Below, one piece after another: positions 63,786 to 64,000 of a stretch of DNA of 64,000 bases (its first letter is position 1; each line of letters starts with the position of its first letter). A program made the translations under genes and the position numbers. Source of the stretch: Candidatus Rokuibacteriota bacterium (lineage in GTDB: Bacteria; Methylomirabilota; Methylomirabilia; Rokubacteriales; CSP1-6); NCBI GenBank assembly GCA_003220435.1, contig QHSL01000071.1, forward strand, positions 4,980 to 68,979, given 5' to 3'. Below the pieces are notes generated by a model that was given only the letters and a program-made list of their open reading frames with translations, did not search any database and was not told the origin of the DNA.

Positions 63786-64000
63786 TCAGCCGAGCAGGTC
63801 GCGAACCGTAACCGTCAGGTCGGGGAAGGCGAGCGGAGCGAATCGCTCATCAGCAGGCGGAATGGACACGTCGCGATAGCTCGAGGTCCCGGGCCCGCGA
63901 TGGATCTCGACCCGGCTCGCCTCGAGGTCGACCAGCCAAGCCTCTCCCACGCCAGCCCGAGCGTACAGTGGCAACTTGGTCCGGCGGTCGTAGAGCAGCG
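63786..64000 (-). CDS. Uma2 family protein, 3' part (5' end outside window)
   Basis: LLYDRRTKLPLYARAGVGEAWLVDL...LAFPDLTVTVRDLLG*, paralogous to 42960-43523. Confidence 0.85.
   Translation of the reverse strand, partial: LLYDRRTKLPLYARAGVGEAWLVDLEASRVEIHRGPGTSSYRDVSIPPADERFAPLAFPDLTVTVRDLLG

Overview
High-GC (roughly 70% by eye) bacterial chromosomal window. Gene content and repeat style suggest Candidatus Rokubacteria / Methylomirabilota, which is an inference. I found no rRNA, tRNA, CRISPR array, integrase or transposase. Left to right there are four blocks. (1) A cbb3-type oxidase pair, ccoN plus a multi-heme ccoO fusion that runs off the left edge. (2) A catabolic/accessory block at about 2.7-24.5 kb. 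It holds a decayed Fe3+/polyamine-type ABC transporter whose permease and binding-protein genes carry internal deletions, a GNAT-Nudix fusion, a gentisate-dioxygenase-like cupin, an amidohydrolase, a two-component flavin monooxygenase, MBL hydrolases, a cupredoxin, malate synthase, an MFS transporter and a Mo-oxidoreductase. (3) A divergent hopanoid gene cluster at about 24.7-42.8 kb: shc-mlaEFDC-ThDP decarboxylase-ino1-hpnN on the minus strand and cruF-like-hpnH-hyp-hpnG-hpnA-hpnD-2x Zn-dehydrogenase-PagL-like-ispH on the plus strand, with several unexpected tailoring genes. (4) A 21 kb segment bracketed by two Uma2 genes. In it, three tandem ~1080-aa AfsR/SARP-like wHTH-BTAD-AAA-TPR regulators face, across a direct-repeat operator, an 11-gene operon of mostly uncharacterised secreted/envelope proteins headed by a small unknown domain fused to an SDR. 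The best candidates for undescribed biology are block 4 and the extra tailoring enzymes of block 3. Smaller signals are a 44-bp RBS-carrying insertion at a translational-coupling junction, repeated microhomology deletions and several apparently leaderless promoters.
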